NCBI RefSeq assembly: GCF_000143415.4
Contig: NW_003314298.1
Span: forward strand, 1,410,602 to 1,474,601
DNA length: 64,000 nt
Direction of reading: 5' to 3'
DNA from: Selaginella moellendorffii
Taxonomy: Eukaryota > Plantae > Lycopodiophyta
Each line of letters starts with the position of its first letter. Position 1 is the stretch's first letter. Position numbers and translations under genes: made by a program. Of the stretch, positions 1-15,140 are shown in pieces. Under the pieces are notes generated by a model. That model made no database searches, was not told where the DNA came from, and was given only the letters and a program-made list of their open reading frames with translations.

Positions 1-16
1 TAGAGATTTTGATTTA

Positions 17-1408
<1,392 letters not shown>

Positions 1409-3108
1409 TCTGGGTTCGCAGCATCATCTCTAACTTGCAGCATTTGCTGGCTATACATGGTATGGAAGATTTCCATTATTATTCGACTGGTTGAGTGGAA
1501 GATTAGTTCCCAGGTTGCTACGGGATTGCTAGTAGCAGAAGTTAACGTGAGCACTATGTGTGAACTTGGCTCCGGTGGCGTATCGATTGTAAGCTGTTTT
1601 CCAGTTCTAGGACATGTCTGCTGATTGCCGATTGCTTTCAACAGGTTTCCATGGCTGAGAGAACTTTAGGAGCGATTGGAGTTCGGTTTGCCAGGTTTCT
1701 ATCCTTTAATACGCACCATTCTTTGAGCTCACCTTGTGTTACTGGCAGCTTGGCATACCTTTTCATTCACTATGCTTTGCTGGTGGCTTATGTGGCTCGA
1801 TCTGCTGATATCATATCAAACGCCAGTGGTGCTCCTCTGTGTGTCACTGTCCGTAACTCTTCTTTCTTCTTGTCTTTGACTCTTGTGCTTGACTGCTCCT
1901 TTCTTTCACATGGGCTAGTGCACTACTCTTCACTGGAATATTTGGCGGGNNNNNNNNNNNNNNNNNNNNNNNNNNNNNNNNNNNNNNNNNNNNNNNNNNN
2001 NNNNNNNNNNNNNNNNNNNNNNNNNNNNNNNNNNNNNNNNNNNNNNNNNNNNNNNNNNNNNNNNNNNNNNNNNNNNNNNNNNNNNNNNNNNNNNNNNNNN
2101 NNNNNNNNNNNNNNNNNNNNNNNNNNNNNNNNNNNNNNNNNNNNNNNNNNNNNNNNNNNNNNNNNNNNNNNNNNNNNNNNNNNNNNNNNNNNNNNNNNNN
2201 NNNNNNNNNNNNNNNNNNNNNNNNNNNNNNNNNNNNNNNNNNNNNNNNNNNNNNNNNNNNNNNNNNNNNNNNNNNNNNNNNNNNNNNNNNNNNNNNNNNN
2301 NNNNNNNNNNNNNNNNNNNNNNNNNNNNNNNNNNNNNNNNNNNNNNNNNNNNNNNNNNNNNNNNNNNNNNNNNNNNATTATAGAACTTAGTTCCTAATTC
2401 TTTAGGATCGCCATTGTGGCTGGGACTGCCATTCCCTTGGCAATGTTTATTGTATGGGATGCCATTATTCTTGGCAGCGTATACCCGGGAGCCGGAAACT
2501 CATATCTTTCAGATCCATTGATGCAATTGCGATCACAAAGCGGCATCATAAGCGTACGTTTGTGCTGTTTCTCAATCGTTGTAAATAATTTCGTTTTTGT
2601 AACAGCCTCTGGTGGAAGTATTCTCGCTGCTGGCCATAGCGACGTCTTATATCGGTTTTGTGCTTGGTCTGTCGGACTTCGTCGCCGATTGTAAGTGCTG
2701 ATTGATTTCCTGAAAGCTTATGGTAGCTTCTTGTTAGTGCTCAAGCTCCCGGGTGTCGGATCCAGAAAACCTTTACCATATGCCGTGACTCTGCTTCCTC
2801 CAACAGCACTCGCGTTACTATCTCCAGACATATTTTTCAAAGCTTTGGATTTTGCTGGTGCCTACGGCGGTAAGCTGTTGGACAAAAACAAGATGCTTCG
2901 CCTTATCACTTTTTTTTCTCTCTTTTTCACTGCAGTGCTAGTCTTGTTTGGTATTTTGCCGGCATCTATGGCCTGGTCACAAAGATACTCGACATCTTCT
3001 TTACCCGCTGTTCCTCCTATGGTTCCTGGAGGTCGTTTGGCACTGGGTGTGATGATAACAGGAGCTGGCTTCATCATTACTACACAGTTTTTGAGCACAC
3101 TCTCGTGA
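1409..3108 (+). pseudogene. Tryptophan/tyrosine permease family transporter, 5'-truncated duplicate
   Basis: Spliced reading SGFAASSLTCSICWLYM|VATGLLVAEVNVSTMCELGSGGVSI|VSMAERTLG...YLFIHYALLVAYVARS...IFFKALDFAGAYG...PGGRLAL. It begins abruptly at the RPT6 junction with no N-terminus and spans the assembly gap. Confidence 0.8.
1950..2376. other. Assembly gap (N run)
   Basis: 427 consecutive N. Confidence 1.
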
Positions 3109-3977
3109 GCAAAATGCTTTATGATCGATCAAAGTATCAGGCTTTCCAAGCTCTATCAGATTACTTTACGATAAGTCTATCTTGAGAGTGAGTGTTTGAA
3201 TTCGATGCAAATTGCTAGCTGAATAAACTATGACATAAAAACTTTCATTCGAAATTTAGAGTCTCCTTCCTTGCACTGCTGGGATGGAGCGCACTCGTTC
3301 ATGTCCCGGAAGCGATGGAGGGGCTCTCCAAATCCTATCGTAATTTTTCAGTTCGCCAAGCTACATTCCCGGTTTGTGGACAATTTTGTAGAAAACTTTC
3401 GGATTTTCTTTATGGCTGTTGTTTAGTTTAGCCACAGGAATGGTGGGGAAGGTATTACTACTGTGGAGCTGGAAGTATGCGGACTGTCAGCTTGGCATAC
3501 CTTTCACAGTCAGGGGGTATTTGATGGAACTTGGAAATAGCTAAAAGTTCTATCGCTCTTGTGGTAAGAAGGTCCGCTATGTATTATTTCATACTTATCG
3601 CATGGACTGTTTGAGCAGGATTTGTCACTACTGCGAAGCCAATTGTGCTGCTGCGTTCCTGCGATTTCATTCTACCAGGTAATTTTCATTGTAAAACTCT
3701 CATATCCAGGTGCTGGTCATCATACAATGAGCTTCTTTTTGCAGTGCTCTCAAGCAAAAGTTTTTTCATATCCCGTGACACTCAAGAGCACTCTCTAGAT
3801 TTATTTTTTTGGGAGCACTGCTGTAAGTTCTTGTCATGAAAAACCAGATGTTTGTCTCACCATTCTACTCTTTACTACAGTGTTAGTAATTTCGCCTGGG
3901 GCACAGTCGGGACCTCTTTGAATTGCTAAACAACGACCAAAATTTGTGTATCAGATCTTCATCAAAGCCGAGTTCTC

Positions 3978-5791
3978 TCAAATCAGAAGCTTATTCAAAA
4001 ATGTCTCAATGTCAGTAGGCTGGATTTTCCTATTGCTGTTACTCTGCATAAAAGGTAACGAGTCAGCTTGCTTATGATCGGTAGTCACAATTGTTACTTA
4101 CCCTTGGTTTTGCTACTAAAGCAGCTCGAAAGCTATTCTCTGTCACTGCCGAGTCTATAGACGTGACCGACAATCCTAAGCTCCACAGGTAGTTGAGCAG
4201 CTGAAGCATAACGTCCTGACGCTGTGGTCTTCTTCTATGTATCCGGATGGCAAAAGTTCCTTCATCGTCGAGAGCATTCACAGACAACTCATCTCGATCG
4301 TCACTGGTTGTAAGTTCTGTCTTGATTGCCCCGATCTCTGCTCCTGGGCCGGCCGTTTCTTCTGTTGTTGCCTTGCTGTTCTCTAACTGTGCTACCCTTG
4401 TTTGTAGGTATTGCATGTGATCTATTGCTCCTTGCAGCACAGATAACTTATCCTGCGAGCAAAGAATGTAAGAGCTTTCATCGATCTCGGATTGATCTTA
4501 CTTACCTTCGTTTTGAATGGGATCAACGACCTCAACCTCGAAATGCTGTCCTTGTGCCTCCTTCTTCGGTTTCGCTCGGCGTCTATGTGTATAGTTCGGG
4601 TACGTGCATCTTCTCCTCCTGACATAGTTTGTGTTGGTCCTTGTGCTAAACTACGAGCTCGTTTTCTTACTTCTTCTATTTGAGCTAGTGCTAGCAGCAT
4701 CCTCTTGATCATTGCCTGCGAGGTGGTGGGAATTGCCATGCTCTTCTGTTGGAGCGGATCCCATTTTCTAAATGCCGAGGCTGAACTAGTGTCGAATTGC
4801 CCTCCTGTTCCTAGGCTTGAAGTTGCTTGATAGATTGTCGTCCAGTCTGACGTCGTGTAACTTTGATGATGCAGGCCAGGGATGTCCAGCGATGCCTCGG
4901 AAGGAGATTGTGAGAAAATGGATGACGTCGAGGTTGACGGATGTTCCGTGGATACTGGCAATGAAACAGGAACAGCATACAGGAATGTTCTTATAGTCTG
5001 GAGCAAGGAGTCGGTCTCAAGAATCTACAAGGTGAACAAGATTAGAAACGACTCTAAGCTTGGATTTTCTTACAGTGTCCGTGAAACCAATTTCCAGGAC
5101 GCCATCCAGCAGCGGGATGCACAGGAGGCTCTGGATGATTGTGGCCTAAAATGCAGGTAAGGAAAGGAAACAAAGCTTGCTTCAGTTTTGTCAAAGTCAA
5201 GGACTTACTTGCAGGAAATCTCTTTGCTCGAGCACTGAGGTGTTCGTGACATTCACGCCTGTGACCCATACGTGCTCGCGTCTGATCGCTGCTATACCGG
5301 CATGCCTGAAAGGTGAAAAAAGCCTTCTTTTATTCAAACTTCGCGCTGAAAACTCTCCATACCCATGTCCGAATGGAAACTGGCAGGACTTGTAAGCTGT
5401 GTAGAACAGCGCTTGCTGGAAGCTGGAGCCTGCTGGCCATAAGCCTTGTTGCCACACGAGATCACTGCAGTCGACGAAAACCGAGGTATTTGGTTCGTGA
5501 ATTACTTGATAGTATCAGAAGGAGCACCCATGCAAGGCCTCATTTCATAATATACACAAAGAAGATCATCATCGTGCACTCCAGAAACGAGGAAAAGAGA
5601 TTGGAGCTCTCCCTTCTGGAGAGAAAGGGATAGAGAGAGGGAGGAAGAAAAAGCTCAAACGAGATACGATTCTCCAAAACTCACCGTGATGGTAGCGACC
5701 AGACGACGATGTAAGACCAGCCAATGTAATTCACGAGCGCTGCCAGTCGCTGCTCGGAGACGCTCATCACGGAGAGAGGGAGGATCGTCAT
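3978..5791 (-). CDS. bHLH transcription factor with MYC_N domain and ACT-like C-terminus (subgroup III-like), copy A, intact
   Basis: Six GT-AG exons: 5791-5685 (LAALVNYIGWSYIVVWSL), 5464-5209 (DLVWQQG...EHVWVTG), 5145-5074 (LLCIPLLDGVLEIG), 5024-4506 ([11 protein letters not shown]...LRSLIP), 4452-4102 ([17 protein letters not shown]), 4043-3978 (TGA). Confidence 0.85.
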
Positions 5792-6351
5792 CTTGCTCGC
5801 TGATTCATCGAAAATCGAGCGAGTGACACCCACCCTCTCCGATGGTGTTCAAGTTTGATTGGAAATATAATACTTTCCAGATGGACAGGGCAGAAAGAAA
5901 GGCAGATCTGAGTCAACACCACAGACATTCTCGAAAGACAGTTAGCTGTGCAGATCTAGAAAGACTGCTGCCGCGCGAAGAAGTTTTCAAACTTGGGAAT
6001 ATGCATGGGAATATGCCGCATATTTTAAACATTAAAGAGTGAAGAAAAGTTCTGGACTTGGACAACAGGGAATTCAACAGGAAGACATTAGATTGGGGTG
6101 ACTCGGTGAAGAATGGCTCTCTTCAAGTACCTGAAGACACAAGAAAAAGTTTCCAAAATGTCAGTGTTACTTCTTTGAAGATACTGGAGATAGTTCTTGC
6201 GACCGCCCAACATTTTTGACTTCGCTGTTAAGCTATCTTCGAACAAACAGAAAAATTCAAGCCCTGAGCTCCAAATTTCAGCTGGGACAGGGCCACGAGC
6301 TCAAAGTTGAGCTAAAAGCCAATGAGAGGCAATAGTCAAACTCAAATAACA

Positions 6352-6398
<47 letters not shown>
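6352..6398. repeat. (CT)n microsatellite
   Basis: Visible TC dinucleotide run with one interruption. Confidence 0.95.
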
Positions 6399-6401
<3 letters not shown>

Positions 6402-7051
6402 GGCCCCCCACCCCATATTTCCGATCTCAAACATAAAATCTCAGTCATCAACTGAAGGATAAAAAAGCAAATAAAATTTATAAATCTAGAATCTAAACTG
6501 ACTATTGAGCTCAACTCAACTCATGAGTTGAGCTCAATTTCTTGGGACAAGCAAATCACACTTCTGATTATAGCAACTTCAGTTTGATAAGGTGGAGCCT
6601 GAGCTTTTGATTTAACCGTCACTCACTTCCATAGCTTTCTCAAAGATGTGTTCTTCTTGGTCTCCTTCTTCATCACTTTGGCCACTGCCATGTTGAAGTA
6701 TTCCTTGGTGACGTGAACGCGCCTCTCTCGCAGAGCAAACATTCCAGCCTCCTTGCAGCACAGATAACTTATCCTGCGAGCAAAGAATGTAAGAGCTTTC
6801 ATCGATCTCGGATTGATCTTACTTACCTTCGTTTTGAATGGGATCAACGACCTCAACCTCGAAATGCTGTCCTTGTGCTTCCGTCTTCGGTTTCGCTCGG
6901 CGTCTATGTGTATAGTTCGGGTACGTGCATCTTCTCCTCCTGACATAGTTTGTGTTGGCCCTTGTGCTAAACCACGAGCTCGTTTTCTTATTTCTTCTAT
7001 TTGAGCTAGTGCTCGCAACATCCTCTTGATCATTGCCTGCAAGGTAGTGGG

Positions 7052-10000
7052 TGTGGGAGTGAACAAGACCACGTCAGCACACAGCCACGTGAGCGATCCA
7101 GACGCCGCCACGGATCGTCACGATAAACCCATATATTTAACCATGTATCAACCGTCATAATAATAACACAACACCGTTTCATAATACCACATGGTATCGG
7201 AGCAGCGAACGATCTAATGGCCAGAGGACAGTGGCACATGAAGAATCAAAGGGGCCAGGAACCCTTGGCTCAGGAGCGCGCGAGGGCTTTGGCAGTGCTG
7301 GCGCGGGTGGAGCGGAAGATCCAGGACCGAAAGCGCCAACAAGCTCTTTGCCCAGCCTGCCGGATGGTGTGCCCTTGTTGCGGCCGAGTTTTTCACGATT
7401 CTTCTCCACGCCGTCCTTTCTAAATTCTCTGTTTAATCTATTCTTAGATTAATAGATAGAATGTCTTCTGCTAACGCAGCAGGAAATTCTTGGGACTCTG
7501 GGGGCTGGGAGAAACTTCTCCAAAAGTTCACGGGACAGAATTTCTCCACTTGGAAAACAAAAGTACAGCTTATCCTTTTGGCCAAGGACTGCTGGCCTAT
7601 AGTGGATGGAACGACTCAACGTCCGGCTGCTGCGGATGTAACCCAACGGCTCGACTGGGACTCCAAGAATCGGAAAGCGCTCTCTGTCATCGGGTTAGGT
7701 CTTGGGGATGAATTCGTTCATCTCCTTGATCTTACCAAAACAGCCCACCAGAACTGGACATCCCTTACACAAATCTTCGCTGCCAAAGCTGCCAATGCTA
7801 AGGTGGTGCTAACACAAAGGTTCTTCACGATGAGAATGCAACCTGATGACACCATGGCCACTTACATTGGAAAGTTTAAAGCGATGATCAGCGAGCTGAA
7901 GGACGCGGAAGCGGCAATCACCATCGATCAAGCTAAGGCATTCCTTCTGAGCTCGGTCTCCCCTGATCTCCAACCTTTCGCATCGATGCTCTCGGCAGTG
8001 CCTGGAAAGGACTTGGACTCGCTCTACTCGGACCTGATCGAGGAAGAACGAAAGCAGAACGAGCGGAGACAAAAGGCGCCCTCTCAGGCTGCTCGGGTGG
8101 AGCAGGCCTTGATCATGGGAAAGCAATCGGGTGGGAAGAAACGAGATGGCCCTGTTCGAGGACAAAAGAGCCCTTCTCCCAGCCCTGGATTTGCAACCAA
8201 TAAAAAACGCAAGGGCCCATGTAACTACTGCGGCAAAGCTGGCCACGTGGAGCGTGAATGCCGGATCAAGAAAGCCGCAGAGAAAGCTCGCGCTGAAAGA
8301 AGCTCTTCTTCACGCCAACCTGACACGATGTTGATGATGACGCTCGCTGCATCTTCATCCACTGTGTCTGAAGCCGAAGTGCTCTGGATGGATTCTGGAG
8401 CCTCGATGCACCTCACACCATTGAAGAGAGCTTTTCACAAGTACCGGCCACTGGAGCAGGAGAAGCAAGTCTTTGTAGGAGACAAACGCCCCTTAACAGT
8501 GGAAGGACAAGGAACGGTCGTCATAAAGTTGGAGAGTGGAGCTGAGAAGCTCGTGAACCAGGTCTACTACGTACCAGAAGCAGGACAGACAGTGTTCTCA
8601 GTTGGTGTAGCAGCAGATCAAGGCTTCTCAACACTCTTCAACGCAGACGGATGCACCATCTTTGACGAGACTGGCCATCCAGTAGCTTTTGGTAGACGAG
8701 CTGAGACTCTCTACAAGCTCAATGCTCAGTTGATCCTCTCAACTCACGAGCAGGGGCATTTGCTTGCAATTCGCCCCAGCTCCTGGGCTGCTAACTCTCT
8801 CCAGCTCTAGCACGCTCGGCTAGGGCATGCCAATTCTCACGACATCCAGCTACTTGCTAGCCACAAGCTTGCTGATGATTTTACCCTCACCGGTGCCAGC
8901 CAACTGGGAGTATGTGAGACGTGCCAACTGGGGAAGCAGCCAAGACTACCCTTTCCACGCAGAAGTCCAGAAGATGGCGCCTCAGGATTTCTTCAGTTGG
9001 TACACACGGATGTGTGCCATGTGCCAGAAGCAACTCTCAGTCACAAGCGGTACTTCGTTTCGTTCATTGACGACTACTCACGCTATGCGGTGGCTGTTCT
9101 CATGGCACACAAGGGAGAGGTCTACCATCACTTCCAGGTCTACAAAAGCTGGGCAGAAAATGCCACTGGCTGTACCATCCGGACACTACGTTCAGATGGC
9201 GGCGGTGAGTATATGAGCAAGGAGTTTCTGGCATTTCTTGCTCAGGCTGGCATCCACCACGAGTACACCGCAGCCCACACCTCGCAGCAGAATGGGGTCG
9301 CCGAGCGCCTGAACAGGACACTTATGGACTGTGTACGCTGCCTTCTCCAGCACGCTGGCATGCCCAAGGTGTTTTGGGGAGAGGCACTCAACACAGCAGT
9401 GTACCTCCGGAACCGGCTGCCAACACGTTCCACAGGACAGGTGCCGTTTCAAGTATGGACTGGGAAGCGCCCCAAGTTAGGGCACTTGAGGGTGTTTGGT
9501 TGCATAGCCTACGCCCACATCCCCGATGTTCAGCGGCGGAAGCTGGATCCCAAGAGCGAGAAATGCATCTTCATGGGCTATCACACCCAGGTAAAAGCCT
9601 ATCGACTCTATAACTGCCAGCGCAGGAAACTGGTGGTGAGCCGAGATGTGGTGTTTGATGAAGCTCGTCTTTATCGAGATACCCTGAGACTCCCTCCTGT
9701 TTCTCCACCATCTCTGGTGGATCTTTCTGAGATTTTAGACGACGTTCCACATCTCCACCCAGCACCAGACAATCCAGCCGCTGCAGAGACAGGAGGAGTT
9801 GCTGAAGGAGCGCCCGAAGGAGGCGATCTGGCAGGAGGAGCTGATCACGGTACTTCTCTTCCTTCGACACCTCCTCTGACGACTCCACAGGCCACAGCGG
9901 CTGCATCCTCAAGCACCAATGAACAGCCAGATCTTTCCACGCTTGTGGCTGACCTGTTCGTTGGCGACGAGTTATATCAAGATGCCACCACTCCTCCCAG

Positions 10001-11863
10001 CATTCCCAAGCTACCACCTCCTCCAGCCGGCACAGCAGTGGTGACACGCTCGGGTCGTGTCGTGAAACCATCTCTTAAAGCCAAGGAGGCGATGCCTATA
10101 GGAAAGCGCGCCTACTTCTGGGCTCTGTCGGCTCCACCTGCCTCTCTCGGTCCCCAAGCGGCTCTACATGGACCAGAAGCTGAACACTGGCAGGCAGCTA
10201 TGCAGGAGGAGTATGATTCTCTCCAGAAAAACAACACTTGGTCGCTGGTTGAACTTCCAGCTCGCAGAAAGCTCGTCTCATCCAAGTGGTTGTTTAAGAA
10301 AAAGTACAACGCTGATGGAAGCATTGAGCGCTACAAGGCGAGATTTGTGGCACGCGGATTTTCTCAAGTTCATGGGCTGGACTACTCGGAGACTTACAGC
10401 CCGGTGGTGAAACTCACAACCATTCGTATGCTACTAATCTTAGCTGCAGAATTGGATCTCGAGCTCCATCAACTTGACGTTTGTACTGCGTTCCTTAACG
10501 GCGACATCGATGAAGAGGTGTATGTGGCTCAGCCTCCTGGTTTTATCCAGCCTGGAGAAGAACACCTCGTTTGCAAGCTTAACAAAGCTCTCTACGGACT
10601 CAAGCAGTCGCCACGCCAATGGTACACGAAAATAGATTCTTTTCTAATTTCCCTTGGTTTCGTGCGCAGTGCTGCTGATTGTAACCTCTACATATATTTT
10701 GACGCTGAGGGCTATTTGTTCCTTGCGCTATATGTGGACGATGCTATTCTCGTGGCAAATCAGCTACGTTTGATCCACAAATTTAAAACGTACCTTGGCG
10801 CTAAATTTGCCATGAAAGACCTCGGTGAGTTGCATTTCTGCCTCGGTATCCAGGTGACGCGCAACAGGGAACGAGGCACTCTGGAGCTAAGCCAGGCAAA
10901 ATATGTTTCCGACGTGCTCCAGAGGTATGGCCTTGCTCATGTTAATCCGGTTGCTACTCCCATGGAAACAGGCACGAAATTATCTGCTGAGAGTGGAGAG
11001 TACCTTGATCAATCTCCCGAGGAGGAGAAAGCATCTAGAGCAGTCTATCGCTCTATGGTCGGCAGCCTGATCTACCTGGTAATCTCCACTCGGCCTGACC
11101 TTGCGTATGCTGTGGGAACAGTGGCGAAGTACCTGGACCGTCCCTCCACAGCACACTGGCAGGCTTTGAAACGTATTATGAGGTACGTGGCAGGGACTAA
11201 CCAGCTAAGTTTAAAGTACTCCAGAGGCGAGAGCGGCAACAAGCTGGCTGGTTACTCTGATGCTGATTGGGCCGGGGATCCAGACAACAGGAAGTCAACC
11301 ACAGGCTACGTTTTCCTGCTAAATGGAAATGTCGCAAGCTGGTGCAGCAAACGACAGGCTATTACAGCAATGTCGAGTACCGAGGCTGAGTACATAGCTG
11401 CAGCAGCTGCAACCAAGGAAGCAGCGTGGCTGAAGGGACTTCTCCAGGATCTACAAATCAACACGGGCGTGGTCAAGCTATTGTGTGACAACCAGTCTGC
11501 AATAGCTTTGACCAAGAACTCCAGGTTCCACTCTCGTACTAAACACATTGAGCTGCGCTTCCATTTTATACGAGAGCAGATCCAGAGAGGAATGATCGAG
11601 CTGGAGTTCTGCCCGACAAACTCCATGCTAGCGGACGTGCTAACAAAACCACTTCCTCGTGTTAAACATGAAGTCTTCACGAAGGCACTTGGGCTGACCT
11701 TAGACGTTGGCCTTGAGGAGGAGTGTGGGAGTGAACAAGACCACGTCAGCACACAGCCACGTGAGCGATCCAGACGCCACCACGGATCGTCACGATAAAC
11801 CCATATATTTAACCATGTATCAACCGTCATAATAATAACACAACACCGTTTCATAATACCACA
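7052..11863 (+). mobile_element. Full-length Ty1/copia LTR retrotransposon with short LTRs
   Basis: LTRs 7052-7191 and 11724-11863 (140 bp, TGTGG...CCACA, single mismatch 7107/11779). TSD GTGGG at 7047-7051 and 11864-11868. PBS TGGTATCGGAGC (tRNAiMet-type) 7192-7203. PPT GAGGAGGAG 11715-11723. Domain order gag-PR-INT-RT-RH. Confidence 0.98.
7461..11798 (+). pseudogene. Copia gag-pol polyprotein with one in-frame stop
   Basis: Zinc knuckle CNYCGKAGHVEREC, protease MDSGAS, integrase HTDV/RSDGGGEY/NGVAER, RT YVDD, RNase H DADW/TEAEY. ORFs 7461-8810 and 8997-11798 share one frame. TAG at 8808-8810 replaces W in L(W)HARLGH. Confidence 0.95.
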
Positions 11864-13439
11864 GTGGGAATTGCCATGCTCTTCTGTTGGAGCGGATCCC
11901 ATTTTCTAAATGCCGAGGCTGAACTAGGATCGGATTGCTCTCCTGCTACAAGAGTTCCTAGGCTTGAAGTTGCTTGATAGATTGTCGTCCAGTCTGACGT
12001 CGTGTAACTTTGATGATGCAGGCCAGGGATGTCTAGCGATGCCTCGGAAGGAGATTGTGAGAAAATGGATGACGTCGAGGTTGATGGATGTTCCGTTGGT
12101 ACTGGCAATGAAACAGGAGCAGCATACAGGAATGTTCTTATAGTCTGGAGCAAGGAGTCGATCTCAAGAATCTACATGGAACAACTCTAAGCTTGGATTG
12201 TCTTACAGTGTCCGTGGAACCAATTTCCAGGACGCCATCCAGCAGCGGGATGCACAGGAGGCTCTGGATGATTGTAGCCTAAAATGCAGGTAAGGAAACA
12301 AAGCTTGCTTCAGTTTTGTCAAAGTCAAGGACTTACTTGCAGGAAATCTCTTTGCTCGAGCACTGAGGTGTTCGTGACATCCACGCCTGTGACCCATACG
12401 TGCTCGCGTCTGATCACTGCTATACCAGCATGCCTGGAAGGTGAAAAAAGCCTTCTTTTATTCAAACTTCGCGCTGAAAACTCTCAATACCCATGTCCGA
12501 ATGGAAACTGGCAGGACTTGTAAGCTGTGTAGAACAGCGTTTGCTGGAAACTGGACCCTGCCGGCCATAGTTGCCACACGAGAGCACTGCAGTCGACGAA
12601 AAACCGAGGTATTTATTACTTGATAGTATCAAGAGCACCCATGCAAGGCCTCATTTCATAATATACACAAAGAAGATCATCATCGTGCTCTCCAGAAACG
12701 AGGATAAGAGATTGGAAATCTCAGCTCTCCCTTCTGGAGAGAAATAGATAGAGAGAGGGAGGAAACGAGATACAATTCTCCAAAACTCACCGTTGTGGCA
12801 GCGACCAGACGACGACGTAAGACCAGCCAATGTAATTCACGAGCGCTGCCAGTTGCTGCTCGGAGACGCTCAGCACGGAGAGAGAGAGGATCGTCATCCT
12901 GCTCGCTCGCTCGTTCACTGATCCATCAAAAATCGAGAGAGTGAATAGGCTCTCCGGTGATGTTCAAGTTCGATTGGAAATATAAAATTTTTCAGATGGA
13001 AAGGGCAGAAAGACCCAGATCTGAATCAACACCACGGACATTCTCGAGACAATTTGCTTTGCAGATCTAGAAATTCTGCTGCCGCGCGAAGAAGTTTTCA
13101 AACGTTAGAATATGCATGAAAATATGCCGCATGTTTTAAATATTAGATCCTTTGAAGATACTGCCGACATTTTTTACTCCCTACTGTAATTAGAGCATCA
13201 TTTTTGTCTTGTAATCTGTCTTTGACCAAACAAAACATTTTTACTAAAAGTCAATGAGAGGCAAAAAAATCAATTACAAAGTCAATATAGTGAATGAAAG
13301 TCCTCGAAAATTGACTACCATCGACTTCAAGGATTGACTTTTGAGCTCAAGAGTTGAGCTCAATTTTTTGGTCTATTAAACTAATCATTCCGTCCAAACG
13401 TATATAGAGCTCCATTTTAGTAAGAGATTTTGATTTAAC

Positions 13440-15059
<1,620 letters not shown>

Positions 15060-15140
15060 TCCTTGAAAACCCTAGCCTCTAGAGAGCACAAATAAAATAC
15101 TATAGTACCTCGATTTAGGGTTCTAGAGCTCTGCTGCGTG
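15060..15140. promoter_or_regulatory. 81-bp divergent spacer between RPT6 and XPB start codons with two telo-box-like motifs
   Basis: AAACCCTA at 15067-15074 and TTAGGGTT at 15115-15122 flank an AT-rich core. Confidence 0.7.

Larger units (their letters stand above)
6612..12897 (-). pseudogene. bHLH copy B fused to the RPT6 last exon and interrupted by a copia element
   Basis: 12897-11864 and 7051-6750 match bHLH copy A. 6752-6623 matches the RPT6 terminal exon. The retrotransposon sits in exon 4. Confidence 0.88.

Noticed and set aside
1651-2397. 248-aa ORF
   Set aside because: Its length is an artefact of the N gap.
3280-3900. Exon-like fragments with splice signals between permease and bHLH
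   Set aside because: No consistent frame or recognisable family; cannot support a call.
5842-6200. Short plus-strand ORF upstream of bHLH
   Set aside because: The frame is not preserved in the duplicate near 12960-13140 and no domain is recognisable.
8808-8816. Programmed stop-codon readthrough in the copia element
   Set aside because: Context TAG-CAC-GCT is not CARYYA and the stop replaces a conserved Trp; a simple G>A mutation is more parsimonious.
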